Source of the DNA: Octopus sinensis
Lineage: Eukaryota
NCBI RefSeq assembly: GCF_006345805.1
Contig: NC_042998.1
Location: forward strand, 14,756,001 to 14,820,000
Direction: 5' to 3'
Length of the DNA: 64,000 bases
In this document: positions 25,108 through 36,054 of the stretch, one piece after another
Layout of the letters: every line of letters begins with the position of its first letter
How positions within the stretch are numbered: position 1 is the first letter of the stretch
Translations under genes and position numbers: made by a program
Notes under the pieces: generated by a model
What the model was told of the DNA's origin: nothing
The model's input: only the letters and a program-made list of their open reading frames with translations
Database searches by the model: none

Positions 25108-25440
25108 AAGGTGCATGGCTCATTGGTTAGAGCGTCGAGCTTACGATCATGAGGTTGTGAGGTCAAATTCTGGACTGGGCTGCATGTTGTGTTCTTGAGC
25201 AAGACACTTTATTTCACGTTGCCACAGTTCACTCAGCTGTAGAAATGAGTTGCGACATCATATGTGCCAAGCTGTGTCAGCCTTTGCCTTTCCCTTGGAT
25301 AACACTGGTGGCATGGAGAGGGGAGGCTGGTATGCATGGGCGACTGCTGGTCTTCCATAAACAACCTTGCCCGGACTTGTGCCTGGGAGGGTAACTTTCT
25401 AGGTGCAATCCCATTGTCTGTGTCGTGACCGAAGGGGGTT
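25108..25440 (+). mobile_element. tRNA-derived SINE family H (CORE-like body)
   Basis: TGGCTCATTGGTTAGAGC head, CTTGAGCAAGACACTT body; its tail recurs inverted at 17830-17946. Confidence 0.72.
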
Positions 25441-25685
25441 TCAGATGCATCTATGTCTGTATTTGTCGCCCCCGCCATTGCTTGACAACAGGTGCTGGTG
25501 TGTTTATATCCCTGCAACTTAGCAGTTTGGCAAAAGAGACAGATAGAATAAGTACTAAACTTTCCAGAAATAAGTGGTGGGGACGTTTCTACTAGAAACC
25601 ATTTAAGGTGATGCTCTAGCACAGCCATAGTCAAATGACTGAGTCAAGTAAAAGAAATTTAAAGAATAATATATATATATATATA

Positions 25686-26136
25686 GTTGCCAGGACCGCT
25701 GGACTGACTCCTGTGCAGGTGGCAAGTGAAGAAACACCATTTCGACCCTGTGCTTCAGGAGATCCATTGAGTCAAGTACACCGACATCAAAATCAATGGA
25801 AACTGCAGTTGTGATCCCTGAGCCGGTGGCACATAAAAAGCACCATCCGAATCGTGGCCAAAGCCAGTGCCGCCTCGACTGGCTTCCGTGCCAGTGGCAT
25901 GTAAAATGCACCAATCTGATGGTGGCCGTTGCCAACCTCGCCTGGCACCTGTGCAGGTGGCACGTAAAAAGCACCCACTACACTCACGGAGTGGTTGGCG
26001 TTAGGAAGGGCATCCAGCTGTAGAAACACTGCCAGATCAGACTGGAGCCTGGTGCAGCCTTCTGGCTTCCCAGACCCCAGTTGAACCATCCAATCCATGC
26101 TAGCATGGAAAACGGACATTAAACGATGATGATGAT
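25686..26136 (+). mobile_element. Family B (RTE 3' UTR)
   Basis: Hairpin units, GGAAGGGCATCC block, (GAT)n tail. Confidence 0.85.
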
Positions 26137-26591
26137 CAGCCATAATTATAATAATCCTTTCCATTATAGGCACAAGGCCTGAAATCTGGGGGAGGGAGAT
26201 AATCGATTACATCGATCCCAGTACTCAACTGGTACTTAATTTTATCAACCCTGAAAGGATGAAAGTCAAAGTCGACCTCGGCGGAATTTGAACTCAACAG
26301 AAATTGTAGAGTGGCTCATGTTCTGTGACTTGGTGTATATCAAAGGGAAGTGTTGATAAACTGGTAAGTGACAGTATATAAAACTCACAGTCTTTGAGTC
26401 ACTCGATAACTTTTGATGATTGTTGGTAAAAACAGAATACATATACTCATGTTCTGAGTGCCATTTTCCTCTTTCCACGATATAAGAGAGAAGGCAAGTT
26501 GCTCTTTCAGAGTATATAATAACTGTCCAGTTATTATGAAGAATATCTATATATATCTATCTCTCTATATATAAACATTTATTTTTATTTA

Positions 26592-26897
26592 TGCACCCTT
26601 TTCAAGCCTAACCAGGCTCATGGGCCCAGTTTCCCGGTTTCTATTGCATATGTGTTCCCCCCAGCTGGACAGGATGCCAGTCCATTGCAGCGTTATTCAA
26701 GAAACAGGAAGAAAGAGTGAGAGAAAGTTGGGGCAAAAGAGTACAATAGGGGCCACCACTACCCGTTGCCGGAGCCTCATGGAGCTTTAGGTGTTTTCGC
26801 TCAATAAACACACACAACGCCCGGTCTGGGAATCGAAACCGCAAAATCCTCTGACTCTGAGTTTGCTGCCCTAACCACTAGGCCATTGCGCCTCCAC
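26592..26897 (-). mobile_element. SINE family D head with a V-domain-like tail
   Basis: Family D head; tail CTGCAATGGACTGGCATCCTGTCCAG differs from the tails at 17960 and 22870. Confidence 0.72.
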
Positions 26898-27115
26898 AAT
26901 ATATAAACATACATACATATATATACATGCATATATATATACATACATATAGTAATATAGTAAGAGTAAATAATATCTTTAATGGTTTTTAAAAAAAAAC
27001 AACAATTATTTACTGGTGGATTTCGGCATGTAAATATAACCATTAATGGTAGGAACTTTTATAAAAGTTCAATATATATATTGTATATAAATAAAATATT
27101 GTATATAATAGAAGG

Positions 27116-27392
27116 GGCAGGCAACAGGTTGCTTAACCACATACCGAAAAAATTAGAAATAGCAGTCAAAGACTGTTTATTTCTATTTTCTACAAATGGG
27201 ACTCCACATACGACATATGCAAAACAGAAGGAAGAAATAACGAAAACAAAGTCTAACGGTCATTTGCGAACATGTTTCTAGATTAGAAATATAATAAAAT
27301 ATAAATCCCATGTCTTTCAAAATAGAAATAAACAGTCTTTGACTGCTATTTCTAATTTTTTCGGTATGTGGCTAAGCAACCTGTTGCCTGCC
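27116..27392. mobile_element. Foldback/MITE with 74-bp inverted arms in TA-rich DNA
   Basis: 27116-27189 is the reverse complement of 27319-27392 with one mismatch. Confidence 0.75.
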
Positions 27393-27451
27393 TTTTTTAT
27401 TTATATACATACATATATATATATGCATGTGTGTATATATATATATACATG

Positions 27452-27492
<41 letters not shown>

Positions 27493-28035
27493 ACCTGTGT
27501 ATACACACACACATATATCATGTACTGATCCATGATAGAAAATTCAACAAAAAAGTACTCCATCTGGTGAGAGATAAACATTATTTATTTAAAGGTCACA
27601 ACACATTTATTAATACATGTAATAATTTCCTATGTTGATATCTTTCCAGCCTTATCATTTAAGGTCTAAGGAAGATAGCTCTTTTTACCTTTTTACCTTT
27701 TATTTTTTACATTTTACATTCTGTTTTTCATTTTCCTTTGTTTACTGTCTGCGTTTTCTATATGCTGCCTTCCCAGTTTTTTCCATGCTTTTTCTATTAC
27801 TCATTTTTTTACTTTTAATTTGTTATGATAAATGGTTTGCACCTGAAAAAAATGTTTGAGTTTTCTCAACATATGAAACTATTAGTAGCACTTAAATATA
27901 TTTATTGTGATCTTTGAATAAATAATATATATACTCTTTTACTCTTTTACTTGTTTCAGTCATTTGACTGCGGCCATGCTGGAGCACCACCTTTAGTCGA
28001 GCAAATTGACCCCGGAACTTATTCTTTGTAAGCCC

Positions 28036-28590
28036 GATGTCAAGTTCATCAACATCAAAATAAAAATCATATGGTTATTGTAGTTGTGATACCCATGCAA
28101 GTGGCACGTAGAGCCTCACAGAGGAAATGACGAAGACCGAGACCCCTGAGATATGCTGTGACTGTGAAGACCCGACAAATGAAGGGAGTTCATGGCTCGC
28201 AGGACAGCCTACTGTGCTAACCTTGGATCATAGAGTGACCTGCTGCTCTCGAGGAGACCTATTGAGTCAAGTACGTCAACACCAACATCAAAATAAAAAT
28301 CAAATAGAAATTGTAGTTAAGACACCTGTGCTGGTGACACGTAAAAAGCACCGTCCGAATGTGGCCGTCTGCCAGCCTCCTCAGGCTCCTGTGCCGGTGG
28401 GACATAAAAAATACCCACTACACTCGCAGAGTGGTTGGCGTTAGGAAGGGCATCCAGCTGTAGAAACACTGCCAAACCAGACTGGAGCCTGGTGCAGCCT
28501 CCATGGCTTACCAGACCCTGGTCGAACTGTACAACCCATGCTAGCATGGAAAACGGATGTTAAATGATGATGATGATGATGATGATGATG
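28036..28590 (+). mobile_element. Family B (RTE 3' UTR) with rearranged upstream part
   Basis: GGAAGGGCATCC block and (GAT)n tail ending at 28590. Confidence 0.75.
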
Positions 28591-28649
28591 ACCACCTCTG
28601 TTCCGAATCACAACCTTAAGTCTAGATGTGAATGCTTCACACACGGCAC

Positions 28650-29400
28650 ACAGCTGTTCTTATGGAACCGAAGCCCATTCTTGGTGCAGTTTTTGTCTTC
28701 AGAGCATGAAGTGAAGCATGAGGAGTGCTTGAGACCCTCATCTCCAAAATGAACCAAACAGTAAAATCCAACAGGTTGAGATCAGGGTTTCTTGAGGGTC
28801 AAACATCCTTGCCTATGAACGATGGAATGTTTTTGTGAATCCAGTGTTGTCTATGTTTGGAGCTGTGGGATGGTGCCAAGTCCTGTCAGAGGCTCCAAGG
28901 TGCACCTTAAAAGGGCTCATTTGCCCATGGAAGCAGTTCAGCTTCCAGAATGTTGCTAAAGTATTACTGGGTGTTAATTTTAACACCCAAGGGCACAAAA
29001 ATGAGGGGAGACCTTTTAGTGACCGTCACAGCCACCCAAACTATTACTGACTGTAGATTTTAGCATCAATTTATGAGTCTACCCTTAACAGAGCCAGATA
29101 CATGCCAAAGACAGTCATTCTGATGGGTTACTGTCTGTTCAATGTCAAATTTCTTTTCATCAATGAACACCAGGTGGGGCAGTATGCCTTTAGCCATCTG
29201 ATGCAGAAAAAGATGATTTCTCTCCGGTCTTATGGCTTTATAAAATTGCATGAGTTCATGACAGTGGATCAGTTTGTAGGGGTGGGTGCCGAGATCCTCC
29301 TTCAGCACTCAATACATCAATGTTTGACTTATTTTTTGCTGTGATTACCAGTTTTCAGATGGAACGATGAGGTACTTTGGTACTTTGATAAGCTGAGAGG
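28650..29400 (-). mobile_element. maT/DD37D-like transposase pseudogene fragment
   Basis: VFIDEKKFDIEQ...QNDCLW, GVKINTQ...ILEAELLPWA, QDLAPSHSSK and *PSRNPDLNLLDFTVW motifs, with stops. Confidence 0.75.
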
Positions 29401-29817
29401 TCCACACACACCATGTCAATCAGTTGAGGAACTAGTCTCTTGAAATTTCTTTTTCAGATTGCAAGACAGTGTGTCAGAGAAAATTGTGATGTGGCAGGAG
29501 AGAAATGTGTTCGCATGGATGATGGCTCACTTTCAGTTAGTAATTCTGCATAGAAGGAGGCTTGGAAGTGCCACTATGGAAGGGTGATAAATATAGAGAA
29601 TGCATGGGTGAAGGAGAGCCTTCCTAATGTGGACTCAACAGAGGCGCCGGCTATTCAAATCAACTGTAGCTTAGTAGATAAAGCAATTAAGGATATGAAG
29701 ACAGAGAAAACCTCCGGCCTCTCAGGAACCACTGCTGCAATGCTTAAAATATCTGGTGGCGTGGGATATGACTTGGTCACCCATATTGTTCATGAAGAAA
29801 TCATACCCAATGATTGT

Positions 29818-30097
29818 TCCTTCTCGAGCCATGCCTGGCTCATAAGTGCCCGTTTCGCAGTTTCCTTGGCATATAGGTTCCCCACCTGGACGGGACGCCG
29901 GTCCGTCGCAGGTGAGCTGCAAGATTCAGGAGGAAAGCGTGATAGAAAGTTGTGGCAAAAGAGTCAGCAGAAGTTCGCTATTACCTTCTGCCAGAGCCAC
30001 GTGGAGCTAAGGTGTTTTGCTCATAAACACACACATTGCTCGGTCTGTGATTCAAACCCGCGATCCCTCGACAGCGAGTCCGCTGCTCTAACCACTA
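29818..30097 (-). mobile_element. Family D-related SINE with V-domain-like tail, inserted in the RTE relic
   Basis: Minus TAGTGGTTAGAGCAGCGGACTCG head and CCTGCGACGGACCGGCGTCCCGTCCAGG tail. Confidence 0.7.
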
Positions 30098-30887
30098 CAA
30101 AGGCAAAGGTGATGCCCTAGACAGAAATAACCACAGAGGCATCAAATTGCTGGACCAGGTGATGGAAGTTGCAGAAAGGGTCATAGTTCAAATAGAAAGC
30201 GAGTTAGCATAGATGAAGTGCAGCTTGGTTTTGTACCAGAGAGAAGCACCACAGATGCTATCTTCCTGGTGAGGCAACTGAAGGAGAAATACTTGGCCCA
30301 AAATAAACCTCTGTATCTGGCTTTTGTTGACATGGAGAAAGCCATTGACAGGGTCCTCTGCCCTCACTTATTTGGTGGGCAATGTGGAAGCTAGGAATAG
30401 ATGAGTGGTTAGTGAGAGATGTGTACAGGGATGCTGCTAGGTGAGAGTTGTCAATGAGTATAGTGAGGAGTTTAGTATACAAGTAGGAGTCTACCAGGGT
30501 TCAGTTCTTAGCCCCTTCTTATTTATCATGCTATAAATGAGGAATTTAAGACTGGTTGCCATTGGGAGCTCCTCTATGCTGATGATCTTGTTCTTAATGC
30601 TGAATCACTACCAGAATTAGAGAAGAAATTTCAGGTATGGATGCATGGAGTGGAATCAAAGGGCCGTAGAGTTAATTTGTAAGAAAAAGACAGAACGCAG
30701 AACCCTTCAGGGAGATGGCCCTGCTTAATATGTAGTTAAGCTGTCAGGAGAAACTCCATAAGGTGTGCCCAATGTAAGCTATGGACATGCAGGAGATGCA
30801 GTGGTATCACTGGAAGACTAACAGAAAAAAAAAAGAGAAGAGGAAAAAAATGGAAGCTGCACGTATAATATGTAACTTAGAAGCAGT

Positions 30888-31142
30888 GCTATGGATGTAC
30901 CAGCGCTACGGATGTACCAGCGCTACGGATGTACCGGCGCTACGGATGTACCGGTGCTACAGATGTACCGGCGCTACAGATGTACCGGCACTACGGATGT
31001 ACCAGCGCTATGGATGTACCTGCGCTACGGATGTACCAGCGCAATGGATGTACCAGTGCTATGGATGTACCAGCGCCACGGATGTACCAGCGCTACGGAT
31101 GTACCAGTGCTATGGATGTACCAGCGCTATGGATGTACCAGC
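30888..31142. repeat. 17-bp minisatellite, 15 copies
   Basis: Unit GCTACGGATGTACCAGC; 255 bp = 15 x 17. Confidence 0.95.
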
Positions 31143-31280
31143 ACAGCCGAGATTGAAACATGGCCGACCTTATACAATTCTTATGAGGAATTCCGGAAGG
31201 AGCTTCGTGAAACCACTGCTGAGACACTTCCAAAAAAGAAATAATTGGAAAACTGATTATAGCAGCGACTCCACATAAAA

Positions 31281-31318
31281 ATATCTGAAGAAGGAATTTT
31301 ATTCCGAAATATCATCAG
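31281..31318 (+). ncRNA. Possible second-family minimal hammerhead core
   Basis: CUGAAGA A GGAAU-UUU-AUUCC GAAA UA UC: palindromic AUAU, but stem I has only 2 bp. Confidence 0.4.
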
Positions 31319-32441
31319 ACTATGGATGACTAAATTGCAACAGGTATATAGCCCATTGTTTGTATTATAGTGCATTGTTGTAGCATTCAAAACTTTTTAT
31401 TCTTTACAAACAATACGCAATGCTTCAAGTGAACTACAATACTTTCCTAGAGAAAGTAACTTTTACATGTAGCAGATGTATAGATACATTAAACACCAGG
31501 AATGTCCAAATATAGACTCCCTCAAATGTCAGTGGCTATCCTTAGAAGTGGTAGATAGTTTCTGTTACTTAGGTGACCAAGTTAGTAGTGGGGGAGGTTG
31601 TTCCGAAAGCATAGCTGTCAGAATAAGAAAAAGCTGGATGAAGTTCAGAGAGTTACTACCTGTGCAGGTGGCACATAAAAAATACCATTTGAGCGTAGCA
31701 ATTGCCAGTACTGCCTGACTGGCCCTCGTGCCAGTGGAAAGTAAAAAGCACCCACTACACTCTCGGAGTGGTTGGCATTAGGAAGGGCATCCAGCTGTAG
31801 AAACTCTCCCAGATCAGATTGGAGCCTGGTGCAGCGATCTAGTTCGCCAGTCCTCAGTCAAATCGTTCAACCCATGCTAGCATGGAGAGCGGACATTAAA
31901 TGATGATGATGATGATGATGATGTTAGTAACAAAGAGCCTCTCCTTCAGAAGAAAAGGCAGGTTTCCATCCACTGAATTCATACAAGTGATCTTACAGGT
32001 GTTGAAATCCTATTATTTTTTTAGCCGGACTCTTCTGATGATATGGGCACAGGAGTGACTGTGTGGTAAGCAAGGTGCAGGAGTGGCTGTGTGGTAAGTA
32101 GCTTGCTTACCAACCACATGGTTCCGGGTTCAGTTTCAGTGCATGGCACTTTGGGCAAGTGTCTTCTACTATAGCCTTGGTCAGCTTGTGGCTATGATAA
32201 AAGACACTTGTCCAGGGTGCCACACGGTGAAACTGAACCCAGAACTGTGTGGTTGGGAAGCAAACATCGTACCACACAGCCACGCCTGTGCCTATAGAAA
32301 TGGACAACCTCTTAGAAGAAACAGGCTGCATGAGACATGGTTCATTATCTGCAAGGGTGCACAACCAAAATAGTCAAGATAATTTTTCAGTGGGCATGCC
32401 ATTCAGAAAATCTTACAAATCACAGTTTGCTTAACGTCTGA

Positions 32442-32843
32442 TTTACTCTTTTGTTTCTGTCATTTGACTGCGGCCATGCTGGAGCACCGCCTTTAATCGA
32501 ATAACTCGACCCCGGGACTTATTCTTTTGTAAGCCCAGTACTTATTCTATCGGTCTCTTTTGCCGAACCACTAAGTAACAATGACATAAACACACCAGCA
32601 TCGGTTGTCAAGCAATGCTAGGGGGACAAACACTGACACACAAACACACATACGCATATATATATATGCATATATACGACGGGCTTTTTGTTTTTAGTTT
32701 CCGTCTACCAAATCCACTCACAAGGCATTGGTCGGCCCGAGGCTATAGTAGAAGACACTTGCCCAAGGTGCCACGCAGTGGGACTGAACCCGGAACCATG
32801 TGGTTGGTAAGCAAGCTACTTACCACACAGCCACTCCTGCGCC
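32442..32843 (-). mobile_element. SINE family A, full-length
   Basis: Complete reverse-complement copy. Confidence 0.9.
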
Positions 32844-32884
32844 TATTTATGACATGATGTCTTAATAGTTGGTTAGTATATGTT

Positions 32885-33338
32885 CATGGGCCCGGGAGCA
32901 GGGGGTGCAGGTGGTGCAAGTGCACCCCCTAGAATTATTGTGGAGTGCAGAACCAAAATTTGCAGCCTTACCCTTTCCTCGGGTTTAGAAAATGGTAAAT
33001 AAAAAGTGATGTGTAAAAAATAGCTTGAAGTTAGGTTCCTTCTCAAAGAACAAAACAAAAATAGCAAAAAAAAAAAGACCTTCATCATCGTTTAACATCC
33101 GCTTTCCATGCTAGCATGGGTTGGACGGTTCAACTGGGGTCTGGGAAGCCAGAAGGCTGCACCAGGCTCCAGTCTTATCTGGCAATGTTTCTACAGCTGG
33201 ATGCCCTTCCTAACGCTAACCACTCCATTGGTGTAGTGGGTGCTTTTATGTGCCACCGACACAGGTGCCAAACTTGTTTGTAAGTATTTTTGGACCTGGG
33301 TTTGCACCCGCTAAGCAAATTTCATTCCCGAGCCAGTG
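32885..33338. mobile_element. hAT-type MITE with 8-bp TSD, containing a family B insertion (33083-33270)
   Basis: TATATGTT at 32877-32884 and 33339-33346; imperfect TIR CATGGGCCCGGGA / TCCCGAGCCAGTG. Confidence 0.75.
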
Positions 33339-33607
33339 TATATGTTATTTGTTTGTCATAATTGTTTCTGGATATGTTCGTGTTATACAGCAGTAAATGT
33401 GTTTAGAGTGCATCTATGTTGATTAGTGTAACTTATGTCGTTTACATCAATTTAATTTTAATCTATTTTTTTATAGGTGTTAATTATTGTTTATTGATCT
33501 GGATAAGTATTGATTTTGTTATATGTTTAATTAAATTTCTGCATTAAAATGCAATTGGGTTATAGGTGGCAACTAATTAATTATGATCCGGATGCAGCAT
33601 TCGATTA

Positions 33608-34050
33608 TCATCATCATCATCATTCATTTAGCGTCCGCTTTCCATGCTAGCATGGGTTGGACGGTTCAACTGAGGTCTGGGAAGCCAGAAGGCTGCGCCA
33701 GGCCCAGTCTGATCTGGTAATGTTTCTACGGCTGGATGCCCTTCCTAACGCCAACCACTCCGTGAGTGTAGTGGGTGCTTTTTATGTGCCACCGGCACAG
33801 GTGCCAGATGGGGCTGGCAAATGGCCACGGATGGATGGTGCTTTTTACATGCCACCGGCATGGGAGCCAGGCGAGGCTGGCAACAGCCACGATCGGATGG
33901 TGCTTTTTACGTGCCACCGGCACGGAGGCCAGTCGGGGCGTTGCTGGCAACGGCCACAATCGGATGGTTCACTTACGTGCCACCGGCACTGGTATCACAG
34001 CTGCAATTTCCATTGATGCTGATCGACTTCGATTTTGGTTCTGATTTCTG
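33608..34050 (-). mobile_element. Family B (RTE 3' UTR)
   Basis: (CAT)n tail plus repeated hairpin units. Confidence 0.85.
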
Positions 34051-34359
34051 ATTACGTGTTTCTAAACCTGTTTGAGATTGATGGAAGTAGTGAATCTTGC
34101 TTACAGGTGTTGAAATCCTATTGTTCTTTTAGCCGGACTCTTCTGATGATATGGGCACAGGAGTGACTGTGTGGTAAGCAAGGTGCAGGAGCGGCTGTGT
34201 GGTAAGTAGCTTGCTTACCAACTACGCGGTTCTGGGTTCAGTACCACTGCGTGGCACCTTGGGCAAGTGTCTTCTACTGTAGCCTTGGGCCAACCAAAGC
34301 CTGTGAATGTTCTTGGTTCTTTGGTGTTAGCAAGTAAACAATATTGACTCACCTAAGTT

Positions 34360-34521
34360 CAAATTGGTAAAGTGGAAAAGTTGGATAAGTGGGTTCCACA
34401 TGAACTCAATGAAAATCAAAAACAGCAATGTTTGGAAGCCTGCATTATGCTACTTTCTTGTCACAAAAATGAACCATTTTTCAATCGAATTGTAACATGT
34501 GATGAGAAATGGATCTAATAT
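34360..34521 (+). mobile_element. Mariner transposase fragment
   Basis: QIGKVEKLDKWVPHELNENQKQQCLEACIMLLSCHKNEPFFNRIVTCDEKWI contains the WVPHEL and first catalytic D motifs. Confidence 0.88.
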
Positions 34522-34574
34522 TTAGCTTGATATTAAGCAACAACTACCCCAAAAGCATACTCTCCACTCCAATT

Positions 34575-35096
34575 ATGAAGAAAAGAGAGGATGAAACCAA
34601 TAAACTGTCCTCAGTTTGTCTACCTTATGTGAAAGGCCTCTCCAAAAAGTTACAAAAGATATGTGACCCATATGACATCAGGACAGTAGTCAAGAGTAGT
34701 ACAACACTTCGCAAATATCTCCTTTGAGTAAAACCAACAATAGAAGAGAATATGACCAAAGACTGTGTGCACTCCATCCCATGCAGCTGTGGTAAGTTAT
34801 ACAAAGGTGAAACATGCCGCCTCCTCAAAATAAGGTTAGAGGAACATCACAAAGCTGTGACATGAAGAGATATTGATAAATCGGGTATAGCTGATCATGT
34901 ATGGGAAAATGGAGACCACCTCCCCCTGTAGGATGAAATTAAAATAATAGACTGAGAAAACTACTGGAAAATACGAAAACTAAAGGAAGCAGCACATATA
35001 CTAGGACACAACAACCTCCTAAGCAGACCGAGTGCAGATATGAACAGCATATTGGGACCGGTATTAAGGAAGGATAGGAGAATAGTAGATTTATAA
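34575..35096 (+). pseudogene. Penelope-like element ORF 3' end (GIY-YIG/Uri endonuclease), four in-frame stops
   Basis: One frame: LPYVKGLSKKLQKIC...CVHSIPCSCGKLYKGETCRLLKIRLEEH...KSGIADHVWENGDH...RKLKEAAHI; stops at 34725, 34863, 34929, 34953; terminal TAA at 35094-35096. Confidence 0.85.
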
Positions 35097-35125
35097 GCTC
35101 TAAAATTCACTCCATAAGTGCCATA

Positions 35126-35200
35126 GGCATATGGCGTTGTGGTTAAGAAAGCAGGCTACTATCCACAAGATTCTGAGTTCGATTTCAGGCAGTGTCTTGA
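35126..35200 (+). mobile_element. tRNA-like head of the hammerhead module, 30 bp behind the Penelope ORF stop
   Basis: GGCATATGGCGTTGTGGTTAAG...GAGTTCGATTTC, homologous to 285-357 and 13590-13654. Confidence 0.75.
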
Positions 35201-35573
35201 ATCATCATCATCATTGTTTAACGCCCGCTTTCCATGCTAGCATGGGTTGGACAGTTCAACTGGGGTCTGGGAAGCCCGAAGGCTGCACCAGGCCAGTCAG
35301 ATCTGGCAGTGTTTCTACAGCTGGATGCTCTTCCTAACGCCAACCACTCCGTGAGTGTAGTGAGTGCTTTTTATGTGCCACCGGCACAGGTGCCAGATGG
35401 GGCTGGCAAATGGCCACGGATGGATGGTGCTTTTTACGTGCCACCGGCATGGAGGCCAGGCGAGGCTGGCAACGGCCACGATCGGATGGTGTTTGTTACG
35501 TGCCACCAGCAGGGAGGCCAGTCGATGCGGCGCTGGCTACGGCCATGTTCAGATGGTTCTCTTACGTGCCACC
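35201..35573 (-). mobile_element. Family B insertion splitting the tRNA-head/hammerhead module
   Basis: (CAT)n tail abuts the head; its 5' end abuts GAAAAATAC of the module. Confidence 0.85.
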
Positions 35574-35720
35574 GAAAAATACATTAGGCATGAGAACCCA
35601 GGTTCGAAATTTCTCCAAGACACCTGATGAAGGCTGGAAGATATATCAGCCAAAACATTGTGTTAACAACAAACAAGATGAGGACAAATATCCGTCAGTT
35701 GTAAATAATGTACAATAATG
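35574..35720 (+). mobile_element. Hammerhead-bearing tail of the module (core at 35619-35664, G12>A, likely inactive)
   Basis: GACAC CTGATGA A GGCTG-GAAGATATAT-CAGCC AAAA CA TT GTGTT followed by TGTAAATAATGTA. Confidence 0.8.
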
Positions 35721-36054
35721 GCATTGAATAATCACAACACCCATATTGTAATTTTAATATAAATTTACCACTATGGTACTTTAGTATGCTGGCCACTGAT
35801 AAATCATTAGATAATGACTTTATCTTAATTATGTGTATATATATATTTATATATATATATATATATCAAAATAAGCAACAAGGATAGCCAGAGGTAATGC
35901 AGTTACTTTTGGATATCCTTGTTGCTTATTTTGATTATAATCACCTTATTTTGAAATTGTATGGATAATACCATACTAAATTCTGGTGCCTCAACTTAAC
36001 TACCATATTCATCTAAATCTATATGTATATATGTATGTATATATATATATATAA

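Larger units (their letters stand above)
29560..31960 (+). mobile_element. Old RTE LINE reverse transcriptase relic, interrupted by at least three later insertions
   Basis: KAIKDMKTEKTSGLSGTTAAMLKISG, STTDAIFLVRQLKEKY, YADDLVL, RCAQCKLWTCRRCSG and VVDSFCYLGDQ segments. Confidence 0.8.

Noticed and set aside
25335-25440. HDV-like ribozyme in the SINE H tail
   Set aside because: P1- and P4-like stems can be drawn, but L3 would be 12 nt and I found no P2 or J4/2 match.
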